A stretch of DNA of 64,000 bases from an uncultured Bacteroidia bacterium (GTDB taxonomy: Bacteria > Bacteroidota > Bacteroidia > Bacteroidales > CAJPTX01): the NCBI GenBank assembly GCA_963540065.1, contig CAUTNK010000011.1:16867-80866 (forward strand), written 5' to 3'. The notes under the pieces are model-generated. The model did no database searches. It saw nothing but the letters and a program-made list of their open reading frames with translations, and had not been told where the DNA came from. This document shows positions 28,568-38,700 of the stretch, in pieces. Each line of letters opens with the position of its first letter. The first letter of the stretch is position 1. Position numbers and translations under genes: made by a program.

Positions 28568-29722
28568 ATGGGCAACAGCAACTATCAGGAATGCTTACGC
28601 AGGGCAACGGCAGAGGCTATCCGTGTCCGCAGACACATCCATCAATATCCGGAACTCTCGGGCGAAGAGTCGCAGACCTCTGTATTTTTACAGAAAGAGC
28701 TACGTGAGCGCAATTGGGAAATCTATCCCATCGCCGCGAGTACTAGTTTTCTTGCTTACAAAGCGGGGCAAAAAACGCATACCATTGGATTTCGCGCCGA
28801 ATTAGACGCTCTCCCTATTAATGATACCTCTCTTGAATTTCCAAGCATGTACGACGGCGTTATGCATGCTTGTGGGCATGATATGCATATGGGGTTAGGA
28901 GTCGGACTTAGTCTTTTGCGCGATTGTATAGGTAATGCACTCGCATGGCCTAACCTATTACTCGTATTCGAATCGTCGGAAGAGGTACTACCCGGTGGTG
29001 CACAATCCATTCTCGCTTCGGAAGTATTCCAAACGCACAAACCGGATCGGATGTTTGCTTTTCACTGCGAACCCGACTTACCTGTCGGTACAATCGGTAT
29101 CTGCCCCGGCTCGTACATGGCATCAGGCGACGAAATCCGCATCACCGTCTACGGGAAAGCTGCTCACGGCGCGCTTCCACATACCGGAGTGGATACGCTT
29201 TTGGTTGCAGCCCACGTACTTATTGCTTTACAGTCTGTAGCTTCGCGCAATGCACCGCCTAATGCTCCTATGGTGCTGTCGTTCGGGAATATAGAATGCA
29301 ACGGACGCATGAACCTTATCCCCGCTTCGGTACGTTTGGATGGCACACTGCGTACTCATTCCGAGACATGGCGCGTAACAGCCAAACAGCGCATTGTAGC
29401 AATCTCCGAACTTACCGCTGCCAGTTTTGGTGCCCGCGCCGAGGTAGCTATCACACCCGGTTACCCTACCCTGTACAACGAACCGGAATTAGCGCATCAA
29501 CTTCCTACCCTGTTTAAGGATATCGAAGGTTTGGAACTCGTGACACTCACGCAGCGCATGACCACAGACGATTTTGCCTATTTTGCACAAACAATACCCT
29601 CGCTTTTTCTTCGCCTAGGTGTAGGCCCTACAGGCAATCTGCATTCTGCACAATTCTGCCCATCCGAAGCTGCATTCCCCTATGCTTTAGAAGCGCTTAC
29701 TCGGTTAATGACGTGCGACTAG
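28568..29722 (+). CDS. M20-family amidohydrolase (N-acyl-amino-acid amidohydrolase / hippuricase-like)
   Basis: RRHIHQYPELSGEE N-terminus, metal-ligand motif MHACGHDMH and the ESSEE...PGGA segment typical of the M20D subfamily. Confidence 0.75.
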   Translation: MGNSNYQECLRRATAEAIRVRRHIHQYPELSGEESQTSVFLQKELRERNWEIYPIAASTSFLAYKAGQKTHTIGFRAELDALPINDTSLEFPSMYDGVMHACGHDMHMGLGVGLSLLRDCIGNALAWPNLLLVFESSEEVLPGGAQSILASEVFQTHKPDRMFAFHCEPDLPVGTIGICPGSYMASGDEIRITVYGKAAHGALPHTGVDTLLVAAHVLIALQSVASRNAPPNAPMVLSFGNIECNGRMNLIPASVRLDGTLRTHSETWRVTAKQRIVAISELTAASFGARAEVAITPGYPTLYNEPELAHQLPTLFKDIEGLELVTLTQRMTTDDFAYFAQTIPSLFLRLGVGPTGNLHSAQFCPSEAAFPYALEALTRLMTCD

Positions 29723-29824
29723 ATTACCGCCACTCCTACCAAACGATCACTCCCGTAGTCTGAATTAGGAAGCATGTATAATCCGCATAAAAACTGTATA
29801 TTAGCCTAACGAGCGCAAAATATA

Positions 29825-31468
29825 ATGGCTGCCACTCCACGAACTACACAACAAGATCTACCCATCGGACTACAATCGTTCGAGAGCCTGCGGAGAGCCA
29901 ACTTTCTCTACGTAGATAAAACTGAATTTATAGAGAAGTTGCTGCACGGGAAATACTACTTCCTTTCCCGACCACGTCGTTTCGGGAAAAGCCTGTTCCT
30001 ATCTACCCTAAAGGCCTATTTCCTAGGGCAAAAAGAACTCTTCGAAGGTCTCTACATCAGCGAGCGTGAAGAATTTCTTGCTGCCGAACAAGCACGCCAA
30101 CCGTGGATAACGTTCCCCGTACTGCACTTAGATCTGAATGCCAAAAACTACGTGAGTCGTAAGAGCTTACTAGAGATTTTAGATTTTCATTTATCGGATT
30201 GGGAAGAAAAATATTCGATAGCAAGAAAAGAAGAAACCCCAGAAGATAGATTCAAAATCCTCTTAAAAACTATCTACGAAACTACCCATCAGCAAGTTGT
30301 AATCCTCATAGACGAGTACGACAAACCCCTCCTCGAAACCATCGAACCCAAAGACGCTGAGCTCAACGAAGCGTATCGCAAAATCCTAAAAGGATTCTAC
30401 GGAGTTCTCAAAAACTGCGACCAATATATCCGCCTTGCATTCCTCACGGGCGTTACGAAGTTCGGCAAAATCAGCATATTTAGCGATCTTAACAACCTGC
30501 GCGATATCAGCCTAGAAAACGACTTTTCGGCAATCTGTGGCATTACTGAAGACGAACTCCACAAGAACTTTCTACCCGAAGTTGATCTGCTCTGTGAAAA
30601 GAAAAACCTCGACCGCGAAGCTCTGTTCAAAAGATTGAAGAAACAATACGACGGCTATCGTTTTTCCGAAAACGGAGTACAAATCTACAACCCCTTTAGC
30701 CTCCTAAACGCTTTTGCAAAAAAGGATCTTGGCGACTATTGGTTCTACTCCGGAACCCCGACTTTCCTTATCAAATACCTACAATCGGAGCACTTCTTCA
30801 TTCCCGATCTCGACAACGATAACGTGCTCATAGGCAAGAGCATGATGGAAAACATGCGAGCAGACCCATCGCAACTCGTTTCTATTTTCTATCAGTCTGG
30901 TTATCTGACTATTAAAGATTACGACGAACACGACGGCATCTACCGACTCGGTTTCCCGAACAACGAGGTGCGCTACGCATTTCTCGAAGTGCTCCTACCG
31001 AGTTATCTGGACTGGGGAATGCGACCCATTACTGTCGAAATTTCAGCCTTTAACAAGGAAATCGACGCCGGGAAAGTCGACGACTTTATGACTCGTGTCA
31101 AGTCCATTATCGCGGCTATTCCTTACAGCACTGTCCCGCGAAAGAATATCAAACTCCGCGAGGAGTATTATCAGGGTATCGTGGCAGTAATCTTCCAAAT
31201 GCTGGGGCGACTCATCCAAACCGAAGTACACTGCGCAACTGGGCGTGTAGACGCTATTTTGCACACCGCAAACATCATCTACATTTTCGAGTTTAAGCTC
31301 TGGAGTGCAGGTTCTGCCGAGGATGCTATCGAACAGATTAAAACTCAGGGGTATGCCGACAAGTTTCTATCAAGTCGTAAACAAATAGTGCTCGTAGGTG
31401 CAAGCTTTGATTCGCGACGGCGCAACCTCCGTACCTGGAAAACAGAAAGGGTAGAAGTAACCCAATAA
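29825..31468 (+). CDS. AAA-ATPase-like domain protein with a C-terminal PD-(D/E)XK nuclease-like domain (paralogue 2)
   Basis: 547 aa, collinear with 17130..18743 at roughly 50-55% identity by eye. Shared segments are LPIGLQSFESLRRANFLYVDKTEFI...FLSRPRRFGKSLFLSTLKAYF, VVILIDEYD and GRVDAIL...IYIFEFKL. Confidence 0.75.
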   Translation: MAATPRTTQQDLPIGLQSFESLRRANFLYVDKTEFIEKLLHGKYYFLSRPRRFGKSLFLSTLKAYFLGQKELFEGLYISEREEFLAAEQARQPWITFPVLHLDLNAKNYVSRKSLLEILDFHLSDWEEKYSIARKEETPEDRFKILLKTIYETTHQQVVILIDEYDKPLLETIEPKDAELNEAYRKILKGFYGVLKNCDQYIRLAFLTGVTKFGKISIFSDLNNLRDISLENDFSAICGITEDELHKNFLPEVDLLCEKKNLDREALFKRLKKQYDGYRFSENGVQIYNPFSLLNAFAKKDLGDYWFYSGTPTFLIKYLQSEHFFIPDLDNDNVLIGKSMMENMRADPSQLVSIFYQSGYLTIKDYDEHDGIYRLGFPNNEVRYAFLEVLLPSYLDWGMRPITVEISAFNKEIDAGKVDDFMTRVKSIIAAIPYSTVPRKNIKLREEYYQGIVAVIFQMLGRLIQTEVHCATGRVDAILHTANIIYIFEFKLWSAGSAEDAIEQIKTQGYADKFLSSRKQIVLVGASFDSRRRNLRTWKTERVEVTQ

Positions 31469-31510
31469 AATTTCCTCCCCCACCCCAAAAGAGAAAAAAC
31501 GGTGCCTATT

Positions 31511-31891
31511 TTATTCTCGCAACCGTTTGGGAAGTTTGCTCTGTACCAATTGGTACGACTTGTAAATTAAGCCTCTTACCAGTTCCTGAGGGAGTCTATC
31601 CGGTTCTAAAAGCGTAATCCAATGTCGTTTATTGAGATGATAACCGGGGATTATAGTATCATAACGTGCACGGAGTTCTATTGCCTCTTCTGGATCACAT
31701 TTTAAAGAAAGAGGTATCGGATAACCAGATATACGTGCCAGTAAAAATATATGCCCTTTAAGCTTATATACTAGGATATCTTCTCCAAACGGAGTACACT
31801 CTTCGGTATCGGGTAGGGCAAGTACGTATAAGCGTATATCTTCAAACATCGGAATATAAAAAAGAGGTACGGCGCCCTTTACAGATGCCAT
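31511..31891 (-). CDS. MmcQ/YjbR family protein
   Basis: Characteristic segments: IRLYVLALPDTEECTPFGEDILVYKLKGHIF and PGYHLNKRHWITL. The real start may be the internal ATG (MFEDIR) at 31849. Confidence 0.7.
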   Translation of the reverse strand: MASVKGAVPLFYIPMFEDIRLYVLALPDTEECTPFGEDILVYKLKGHIFLLARISGYPIPLSLKCDPEEAIELRARYDTIIPGYHLNKRHWITLLEPDRLPQELVRGLIYKSYQLVQSKLPKRLRE

Positions 31892-31916
31892 ACCTCTCTA
31901 ATGAAAAAAAAATTGA

Positions 31917-32942
31917 TTACTGCACCTTAACTACTTGCTGCGAGAGCACACTACCATTAGCCTCAGCACGCAGAATATACATACCGGTTGCCAAGTTCTG
32001 TAGTTCGGTCGTGAAGGTTTGTGTATAAACCCCCTCTTCTTGCGACTGTTGCAATAGCGTCTTTACCAACACACCCTGCGCATCATAAAGCGCGATTGTT
32101 ACCACAGCTTGTGCATTCAGCGTATAATTTACATTTAGTTCGGCACTGAACGGATTCGGATACAGGTTTAGTGTAGTAATATTCCCCTTCGCCCCTTCCT
32201 TTTCAGCCTTTGCCAAGATAGCCGGAGCTTCTACGATAGCATTGTAAGCACCTTTGAGAGGATAGAGAGTTCCGTCAGCACGTTTTTCGAAAATAAGCGA
32301 CAGAACCGGGTAGCGATGCGACTTAACATACCAACGATAAGTAACCACCGTAGTGGAATAGTTGCTGCTGTAGGTAAATGTTTGGGTCGTAACCACACGG
32401 AGTACTTTCTTGAGCGTAGTACCTGGGAGCAACAGGGTTCCGTAAGCGTCGGCACTTACTTCGTAAGCCAATTCGAAAGGTTGACGGTAACTGTTGTCGG
32501 TATAGTATTGTAACCCTTTGGTTTTTCCCGAATACGTCTCGCCATAAGCAAATGGGTAACGCATCTTAAGAACGGGTTCGTCGTACTCGCGCATAAAAGT
32601 CCCTACACGTGTAGCTAATACACGGAGTTCGCGATCATTAGTCGTCATGAATGCTTGCAAGTCGCTTTCAATCAACAGAGTATTGCTAGCATTGAGGACG
32701 CTTGCTGGCGGATTGTACAAAGCTGGCGCTTCTACAGTGCCATAGAAAGGAGCTTTTTGTGGTAGAGCACTAAAATCCCAAGTCACTTGCTTTCCTGCCG
32801 CACCGGGAGTACTGAACTCGGTCTCGATCATCGGGTTAGGATTACCGGGCAATAAGCCGTGAGTCTTTTCTTTCAGGACGGTCTGTGCAAAAGCAACCGT
32901 AGCAGCCATCAGAACTGCAGCTAGTAGTACTAGTCTTTTCAT
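31917..32942 (-). CDS. Secreted hypothetical protein with a T9SS C-terminal sorting domain
   Basis: Signal peptide (MKRLVLLAAVLMAATVAFAQ). The C-terminal ~80 aa match the T9SS type-A CTD pattern (LYPNPFSAELNVNY...GMYILRAEANGSVLSQQVVKVQ). The start was moved from the TTG at 32975 to the ATG at 32942. Confidence 0.7.
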   Translation of the reverse strand: MKRLVLLAAVLMAATVAFAQTVLKEKTHGLLPGNPNPMIETEFSTPGAAGKQVTWDFSALPQKAPFYGTVEAPALYNPPASVLNASNTLLIESDLQAFMTTNDRELRVLATRVGTFMREYDEPVLKMRYPFAYGETYSGKTKGLQYYTDNSYRQPFELAYEVSADAYGTLLLPGTTLKKVLRVVTTQTFTYSSNYSTTVVTYRWYVKSHRYPVLSLIFEKRADGTLYPLKGAYNAIVEAPAILAKAEKEGAKGNITTLNLYPNPFSAELNVNYTLNAQAVVTIALYDAQGVLVKTLLQQSQEEGVYTQTFTTELQNLATGMYILRAEANGSVLSQQVVKVQ

Positions 32943-32962
32943 TTTCTTGCTATTTGTGTTTA

Positions 32963-32970
32963 CAAATTTA
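32963..32970 (-). promoter_or_regulatory. -7 promoter box candidate (TAAATTTG)
   Basis: The minus strand reads TAAATTTG, ending 20 nt upstream of the ATG at 32942. A second match, TATTTTTG, lies about 10 nt further upstream. Confidence 0.35.
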
Positions 32971-33020
32971 TTCAAAAATAATAACGTTTTTGATACAACG
33001 AAAGTTTGTTGAAGGTTATC

Positions 33021-33611
33021 CTACTTAACACGACGGAGGACTATCCAACGGAAAGGTTGCGAGTCGTCCAAAAGGAGATACTCCTCGCGCAGCTCTACCC
33101 TATGTAACTTTTGCTTGAGGGTGTATTCCAGAGCTTTATCTTCGACAAGTACTCCCGATACAGGAAGCGTCTGTTGTCCGAACTCTCCGAAAGCTCTGGT
33201 CAGGACACTCGGGAGTGTCACTAATTTTTCTGTAACGGTTGCCTCTTTTCCTAGCAATTTCTCGTTCTTTTTTGCATGCGAAAAAAGTGTTTTGTAGATA
33301 GTTCGTAGACGCTCATTTCGCCATTTTTCAACATTCTGGAATTGGGGTTTGGAGATATCTATAAGGTATTTTGCGTCGCGGAGTTCCTGTGGAATATCTT
33401 CTTGCAGAAAGTAGTCGGGGTCTAAGATTCTCCCTGTATAAACCCACTTCCCGTGCCAAGTAGCAGCGAGCACTTTATCAGAGTCAATCGCTAAATACTC
33501 CACTGCGGATTGTTGTGGTTGATGTGTTGGTGTTATATCTTTCTTTCTGTCGTCACAACTAACTAATAGTAACGATAAGCAGCATAGACTCGCTAAAATT
33601 CTTATATACAT
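33021..33611 (-). CDS. Hypothetical lipoprotein
   Basis: 196 aa with a lipoprotein signal (LLLVSCDD). No recognisable domain. Confidence 0.5.
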   Translation of the reverse strand: MYIRILASLCCLSLLLVSCDDRKKDITPTHQPQQSAVEYLAIDSDKVLAATWHGKWVYTGRILDPDYFLQEDIPQELRDAKYLIDISKPQFQNVEKWRNERLRTIYKTLFSHAKKNEKLLGKEATVTEKLVTLPSVLTRAFGEFGQQTLPVSGVLVEDKALEYTLKQKLHRVELREEYLLLDDSQPFRWIVLRRVK

Positions 33612-33638
33612 ATGCTCCTAAACTTTATTTTAGTACAA

Positions 33639-33646
33639 CAAAAATA
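33639..33646 (-). promoter_or_regulatory. -7 promoter box (TATTTTTG) for the lipoprotein gene
   Basis: The minus strand reads TATTTTTGTTGTAC, ending 27 nt upstream of the ATG at 33611. Confidence 0.45.
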
Positions 33647-33720
33647 CAACCAGTTTTGCTCATTGGGAGTGTAACAGTATCCTCTAGGCATTTTTTAGGC
33701 CATCTAAGTTCAATCGTTGC

Positions 33721-33760
33721 AATAAACAAAGAGAGCACCCCATTATGAGGCGCTCTCTAA
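33721..33760 (-). terminator. Rho-independent terminator after the Ig-repeat T9SS gene
   Basis: On the minus strand, AGAGAGCGCC-loop-GGUGCUCUCU forms a 10-bp stem with one wobble pair. It is followed by UUGUUUAUU and lies 25 nt after the stop codon. Confidence 0.7.
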
Positions 33761-33783
33761 CATTTCTAAGGAGTAATAACGGA

Positions 33784-35478
33784 TTATTTCACGATATGAA
33801 TCGCTTTACGAGCGCCGTTACGCTCTAGCAGAAGCATGTAAATGCCGGATGGAAGTTCTTCCACTGCTAGACGCAATTCTGTAGCGCCATTGGGTTTTAC
33901 CGAACGAACAACTACCCCTTGTGCATTCAACAATGCTACATTTTCTACTTCAGCAAGATTGGTTACTACTAACTCCCTAACCATTGGGTTCGGGTAAGCA
34001 ACTACCCCTGCTAACACTGCATCTTCTACAGCAACAACATTCTTTAGATTCACAACAAGCGTAGCTTCTGTAGCCGACATTTTCACCTTATAGCTTTTAT
34101 CTGCTTCGGGATTAACTACCGTGTTGTTAAATGTAACATTCTCTATCATCTTACCCGCAGGAGGCGTTACTGTAATTACGAGATCTGTACCAGCTTTTAC
34201 TTTCGTATTTTCCTTAACCTCGGTAGTACCAGCCATAATCTTCACCGTAGCGCCATTAGCTGTTACCTTGATTACATTTCCTTCGCCTGGTTGTGGTGCT
34301 GGATTATCCTTCAAAACAACGGTTAATGTAGCCGCAGCATCGGGCATATTACCTTCATACTTATCTGCAACTAAGGTCATAGTTTGAGCATTGAGCGTAA
34401 CCTTATCGATCGATTTATCGCTAGGTACTGCACTCACCTCAACCATCAACTTTGTACCCTTAGCAACCTTATCGCCATTTTTTACTTCGGTTGTGCCATT
34501 CATCACCTTTACGGTTGTGCCATTATCTACGATTGTCAGAACATTTCCTTCGCCTGGTTGTGGTGCAGGATTATCCTTCAAAACAACGGTTAATGTAGCC
34601 GCAGCATCGGGCATATTACCTTCATACTTATCTGCAACTAAGGTCATAGTTTGAGCATTGAGCGTAACCTTATCGATCGATTTATCGCTAGGTACTGCAC
34701 TCACCTCAACCATCAACTTTGTATCCTTAGCAACCTTATCGCCACTTTTTACTTCGGTTGTGCCATTCATGACCTTTACGGTTGTGCCATTAGCTACGAT
34801 TGTCAGGACATGACCTTCGCCCGGTTGTGGTGCTGGAGGGTTAGTACCTAACGTAACAACAAGATTAGCATCCTTGTTAGGCATTGTAGCTTTCCAGTTG
34901 TCGCCATCCTTAGTTGCTGCGTCATCATTTAGTTTTACCGACTCCACCTGTTTTGTAAGATCCGTCAGCTTAACAGCGATCAGGAGTTCTTTCCCCTCTT
35001 CAATATCAGAGCCAGATGTTTTCTCTTCTCCGTCTACCGTTACAGTAATAGTAGCGCCATCGGGGTTCATAAAATTAAGTTTGTGCGTCACACCTGCCTT
35101 AGCTTGGAAAGTAACTATAATTTCGCACAGATCTTTTTTATCTTTAATTACCTTACCTATATAGGTTGTAACGTTGCCAACTGTTGTAGCCTTCGCAGTA
35201 AAATCTTTATTGGCAATCTGAAGTGTTTTGAATTCCTTGGCTGCTGGATGTGTAATGGTTACACGCAAATCAATTCCGCTCAGAACATCATCGCCCGGTT
35301 TTCGCTCTGTCCAAGTCTTTCCATCTGGGGCTGTTTCTACTTTTAGAGTCCCCCCGTCAGGATTCTGATCGAACTTAAATGTTGCACGCAATCCTGCACT
35401 AGCATCCGTGCTCCATCCCAACAGTAGAGGTAGGAGTAACACCAATGCCACTCTCGAAATGTTTCGTAAATTCATCAT
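33784..35478 (-). CDS. T9SS-sorted surface protein built from ~89-aa Ig-like/beta-sandwich repeats
   Basis: Signal peptide, then about six divergent repeat modules. Two of them are nearly identical (NPAPQPGEG-VLTIV-NGTTVKVMNGTTEVK...TLTVVLKD). The C-terminus is a T9SS CTD (AYPNPMVRELVV...GIYMLLLERNGARKAIHIVK). Confidence 0.75.
   Translation of the reverse strand: MMNLRNISRVALVLLLPLLLGWSTDASAGLRATFKFDQNPDGGTLKVETAPDGKTWTERKPGDDVLSGIDLRVTITHPAAKEFKTLQIANKDFTAKATTVGNVTTYIGKVIKDKKDLCEIIVTFQAKAGVTHKLNFMNPDGATITVTVDGEEKTSGSDIEEGKELLIAVKLTDLTKQVESVKLNDDAATKDGDNWKATMPNKDANLVVTLGTNPPAPQPGEGHVLTIVANGTTVKVMNGTTEVKSGDKVAKDTKLMVEVSAVPSDKSIDKVTLNAQTMTLVADKYEGNMPDAAATLTVVLKDNPAPQPGEGNVLTIVDNGTTVKVMNGTTEVKNGDKVAKGTKLMVEVSAVPSDKSIDKVTLNAQTMTLVADKYEGNMPDAAATLTVVLKDNPAPQPGEGNVIKVTANGATVKIMAGTTEVKENTKVKAGTDLVITVTPPAGKMIENVTFNNTVVNPEADKSYKVKMSATEATLVVNLKNVVAVEDAVLAGVVAYPNPMVRELVVTNLAEVENVALLNAQGVVVRSVKPNGATELRLAVEELPSGIYMLLLERNGARKAIHIVK
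34280..34813 (-). repeat. Two tandem 267-bp coding repeats at about 97% identity
   Basis: Unit 34280..34546 aligns base-for-base with 34547..34813 with about 8 mismatches. More divergent copies flank both sides. The plus-strand ORFs 34121..34387 and 34391..34654 in the track are repeat shadows. Confidence 0.9.
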
Positions 35479-35518
35479 AGCTTCTCTCTTAATTAATTAT
35501 TACAATTGGTTCTCACCA

Positions 35519-35526
35519 CAAATATA
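35519..35526 (-). promoter_or_regulatory. -7 promoter box (TATATTTG) for the Ig-repeat T9SS gene
   Basis: The minus strand reads TATATTTG, ending 40 nt upstream of the ATG at 35478. Confidence 0.45.
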
Positions 35527-35533
35527 ACGCCGC

Positions 35534-35552
35534 ACTAGTTTATAAAACTAGT
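35534..35552. promoter_or_regulatory. Perfect palindrome ACTAGTTT-ATA-AAACTAGT (operator candidate)
   Basis: 8-bp arms with a 3-nt spacer. It lies immediately upstream of the -7 box and covers the expected -33 region of the promoter. Confidence 0.35.
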
Positions 35553-35728
35553 AATCTACTTGCTAGGTTTAGATGTATTTTATAATTCACCACTCTTCTT
35601 GCATATTACCGTTCCTTTTCACAACAATTAGTCAAATAGTGTATTATTACAATTTAGAGTGATTATACGTTATTGTTGATAACAATACTCACGATTCTCA
35701 ATCATTAAGCTCATTATAATAGGCAAGT

Positions 35729-35758
35729 AAAAAGGGAAGCCCACACGTGACTTCCCTT
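35729..35758 (-). terminator. Rho-independent terminator after the DUF285/BspA-like gene
   Basis: On the minus strand, GGGAAG-ucacgugugggc-uUCCC forms the core stem. It is extended by flanking A/U pairs and followed by UUUUU, 20 nt after the stop codon. Confidence 0.7.
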
Positions 35759-35778
35759 ATATGTAAAACTTCCTAGAC

Positions 35779-38700
35779 TCAGTATTTCACAACTTTTATT
35801 GTCCTTGTTGTACCTTCCGGCGCGATTAGGCGTAGCATATAGATCCCCGATGTGAGCTCTGTAGTATGAATTTCGGTCATTTTAGGGGTTAATCGTCCAG
35901 CTAATACCACCACTCCTTGTGTATTGAGCAACTCATAGCTACCATCCCAAAGCTCGTAACCAGCAACAGATAACTTTTCTGCAAAAGGATTAGGCATTAC
36001 CGTGGTTTGTGCCAATGCCTCTTCTTCAATCCCCGTTGTTGGGGCAACAACTTCAATGGTAACAGTTGCGCGCTTCGTTTCGTCGTCTAGACTAATCACA
36101 GTAATGTCGCACTTACCCGTTTTCAGGAGCTTAAAGTTCCCAGGATGTACTTTCGGCTTCATAACAGATATATCGCTGACTTCGAAACGAACCGTTTTTA
36201 CCGTTGCCCCCTTTATGCCATTTTCTTCGTCTGCCAGAGGTAATACACGCCATTTCAGACGGAGTGTACCCTTCTTCAGTTCGATCTTTTCCGGTGCTTT
36301 CCGAATTTCAATACCTGATACAGGTTCCTTCCAGACCTTGAATTTCTTGGTATTAACCACATGCGAACTAGACCTACTCGTAACAGTCATAGTCACCTCG
36401 TCGGCAACTTTCATAGCTCGGAAAATATTCTTACCTAGCGGCTTAATAATTCCTTCGGGACTAAAAGCTACGTCATACTCTTGATTAGAGGCGTCCTCTG
36501 GTTCGATCTGAACAAGAAGCAGGAAATCAGCCCCGAGTTCAATACCTTCGCCTTTTATCTCTTCAGGTGTACCCGGTTTCGTAGTCCAAATCTTTCCAGG
36601 GTTCGATCCTACCAGAACCTTTGTTACTAACTTCTCCTTAATCACAGCCTCAAACTCAATCTTTAAGGAGGGGTCGGCATTCGATATTCCTATACAACGG
36701 ATCTTTACACCTGGAGGAGTACCTTTTTTTGCACGTTGCGATGCCACATCTACGTACTCTTCGTTGTTGTTGGGTTCAAATGACCAAGTGATGCTCTTGT
36801 TCGTTGCATTCTCTGGTGTGTAAACGATCTTAGGATGACCAGGCTTCCCGAAATCGGCTGTAAGTGTTTTCCCTACATACCATTCGTAGGTAGCACTAGG
36901 TGCTAACCCTTGCAACTCCATATTCTTTAAGGGCGAAGGTTGTACGAGCACTAGGAGTTTACGAGATTCGGGGGCTTTAACTGGATCCGACATCAAACCT
37001 CCACCACTTTCGATCTGTCGGTCTTCGTATTTCAGAGACCAACTCGTTTCGCCAACCGAGGTTGCAAAAATTCGGGTATCCTTCTCTATGATAAGGAGTT
37101 TTTCCAATTTAGATCCCGCCTCGGGTACTATAGTATAGCTTACTTCATCTGTTTTGCGCACAGTGTTTTCACCTGCCACAAAGTCTGTTTCTGCAATCTT
37201 ACCCTGAATCTTCCCCTTTCCGGATCCTACAGTACTCACATAAAGTTTATAGTCTGGTGCGCTAAATTCGGTTACATCAGTTTTATCAAATACTACATCT
37301 ATCACCAGATTTCGGTCACTCTTTGGCACTTTCACCTTTAGGTTATCTCCTCCGAAGCGATAGTAACCGGTGGGTTTATCGTTATCATCTTCTCCTTCGC
37401 TACGCAGTGTAACGCTCATAAATTTGCTTCCCATTGCAGGTGCTAGGGTTAATTCGCTTTCATTTGTAGAATTATCTACTAGGTTGTCGCCGATCTGTAT
37501 TGCCGTAGCACCCAGATTACCAGTAACTGTTCCTTGTCCGCTACCGTATACATTGAGCTGAACAAAGTGCTTTCCTGTACCAGCCGTGCGTGTTTCTTTT
37601 TGGAAGACAGCCACAAGTTCGATATCGCGATTCTCTTTTAATTCTACAAACTCACCGGGTTTTGCTTTATCGGTAACATCTGTTATTTTCCATGTTTGAG
37701 CAACTACCTCTGGGTCGCGATCCATAAGCAAAACGCGGTGCGAGAGGAATTGTCCTTCAAATGCAGGCATCGCCTTACGTTCTCCGCGTTGCATAGTAAC
37801 CACTCGATCTGCAAATTTAAATTGTCCGGGTTTTGCTTCATTGAATCCTGGTAGACGCCACTTATATTGCCCATTATCATCTTTCAACTCCGCTACAGTT
37901 GCAGCCATACTGCTAGAATAATACAAGCCGTTAGCTATAATCTCTAGCCTTTTATAATTTCTTGCTTTCCAGGTTGTAAGGAGTTCATCTACCTTCGCTT
38001 CGTTATATGCCACATTCTCAATACTTATTTTTTTCTCACCTGCTAGGAGAGCGGTGAGTTTCCAATCTTTAATCGAGAAACTAAAGCTATAACAACCAGA
38101 GAAGATTCCCTCCATCTTCTTAACATTAGCAACATTCCAATTTTTTAGGTCACTATTGAAGAGACGGCAACCGTTAAACATATTGCTCATGTCGGTTACC
38201 TTCGTCACTTTCCAATTCGCAAGATTAGCAGCAAAAGCAGCACAACCAGCAAACATTCCCGCCATATCGGTTACTTGTTCCACATTCCATGCTGAGAGAT
38301 CACCATTAAACTCCGTACACCCCTCAAACATCTGCGACATGTTGGTTACATGACTCACATCCCATTCTTTTAGCGATGTTCCTTCAAAATCGGAACAACC
38401 GTAGAACATACGGTTCATTTTGGTGCATGCTGTGAGTTTGTTTTTCCAAGCACTGAGATCCTGATTAAACTTCGCAGCTCCGGCGAACATATTGGTTATA
38501 CTCTTCGCTTTTGCAATATTCCAAGTGGATAGATTGCTATTAAAAAGAGTACACGCCACAAACATAGCAGTGAAATCTTCTACGTTGGTTACATCCCAAT
38601 CTTTCAGGTCAGCAGTCAGGTTCTTACACTGGGCAAAAGTTCGCGATAACGACTTTACCTCTGTAAGTGTTGGTACGCCTGCCGAGGCTAGGATATCTAC

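Noticed and set aside
33665-33675. The 11-mer GGGAGTGTAAC, shared by two intergenic regions of the T9SS/SusCD cluster (also at 46975..46985).
   Set aside because: Hundreds of identical 11-mer pairs are expected by chance in 64 kb when both strands are counted. There is no extended similarity around the two copies.
34121-34851. Four plus-strand ORFs of 66-88 aa, pairwise nearly identical to each other.
   Set aside because: They are antisense shadows of the 267-bp tandem coding repeat of the minus-strand T9SS gene. Their similarity only reflects the repeat.
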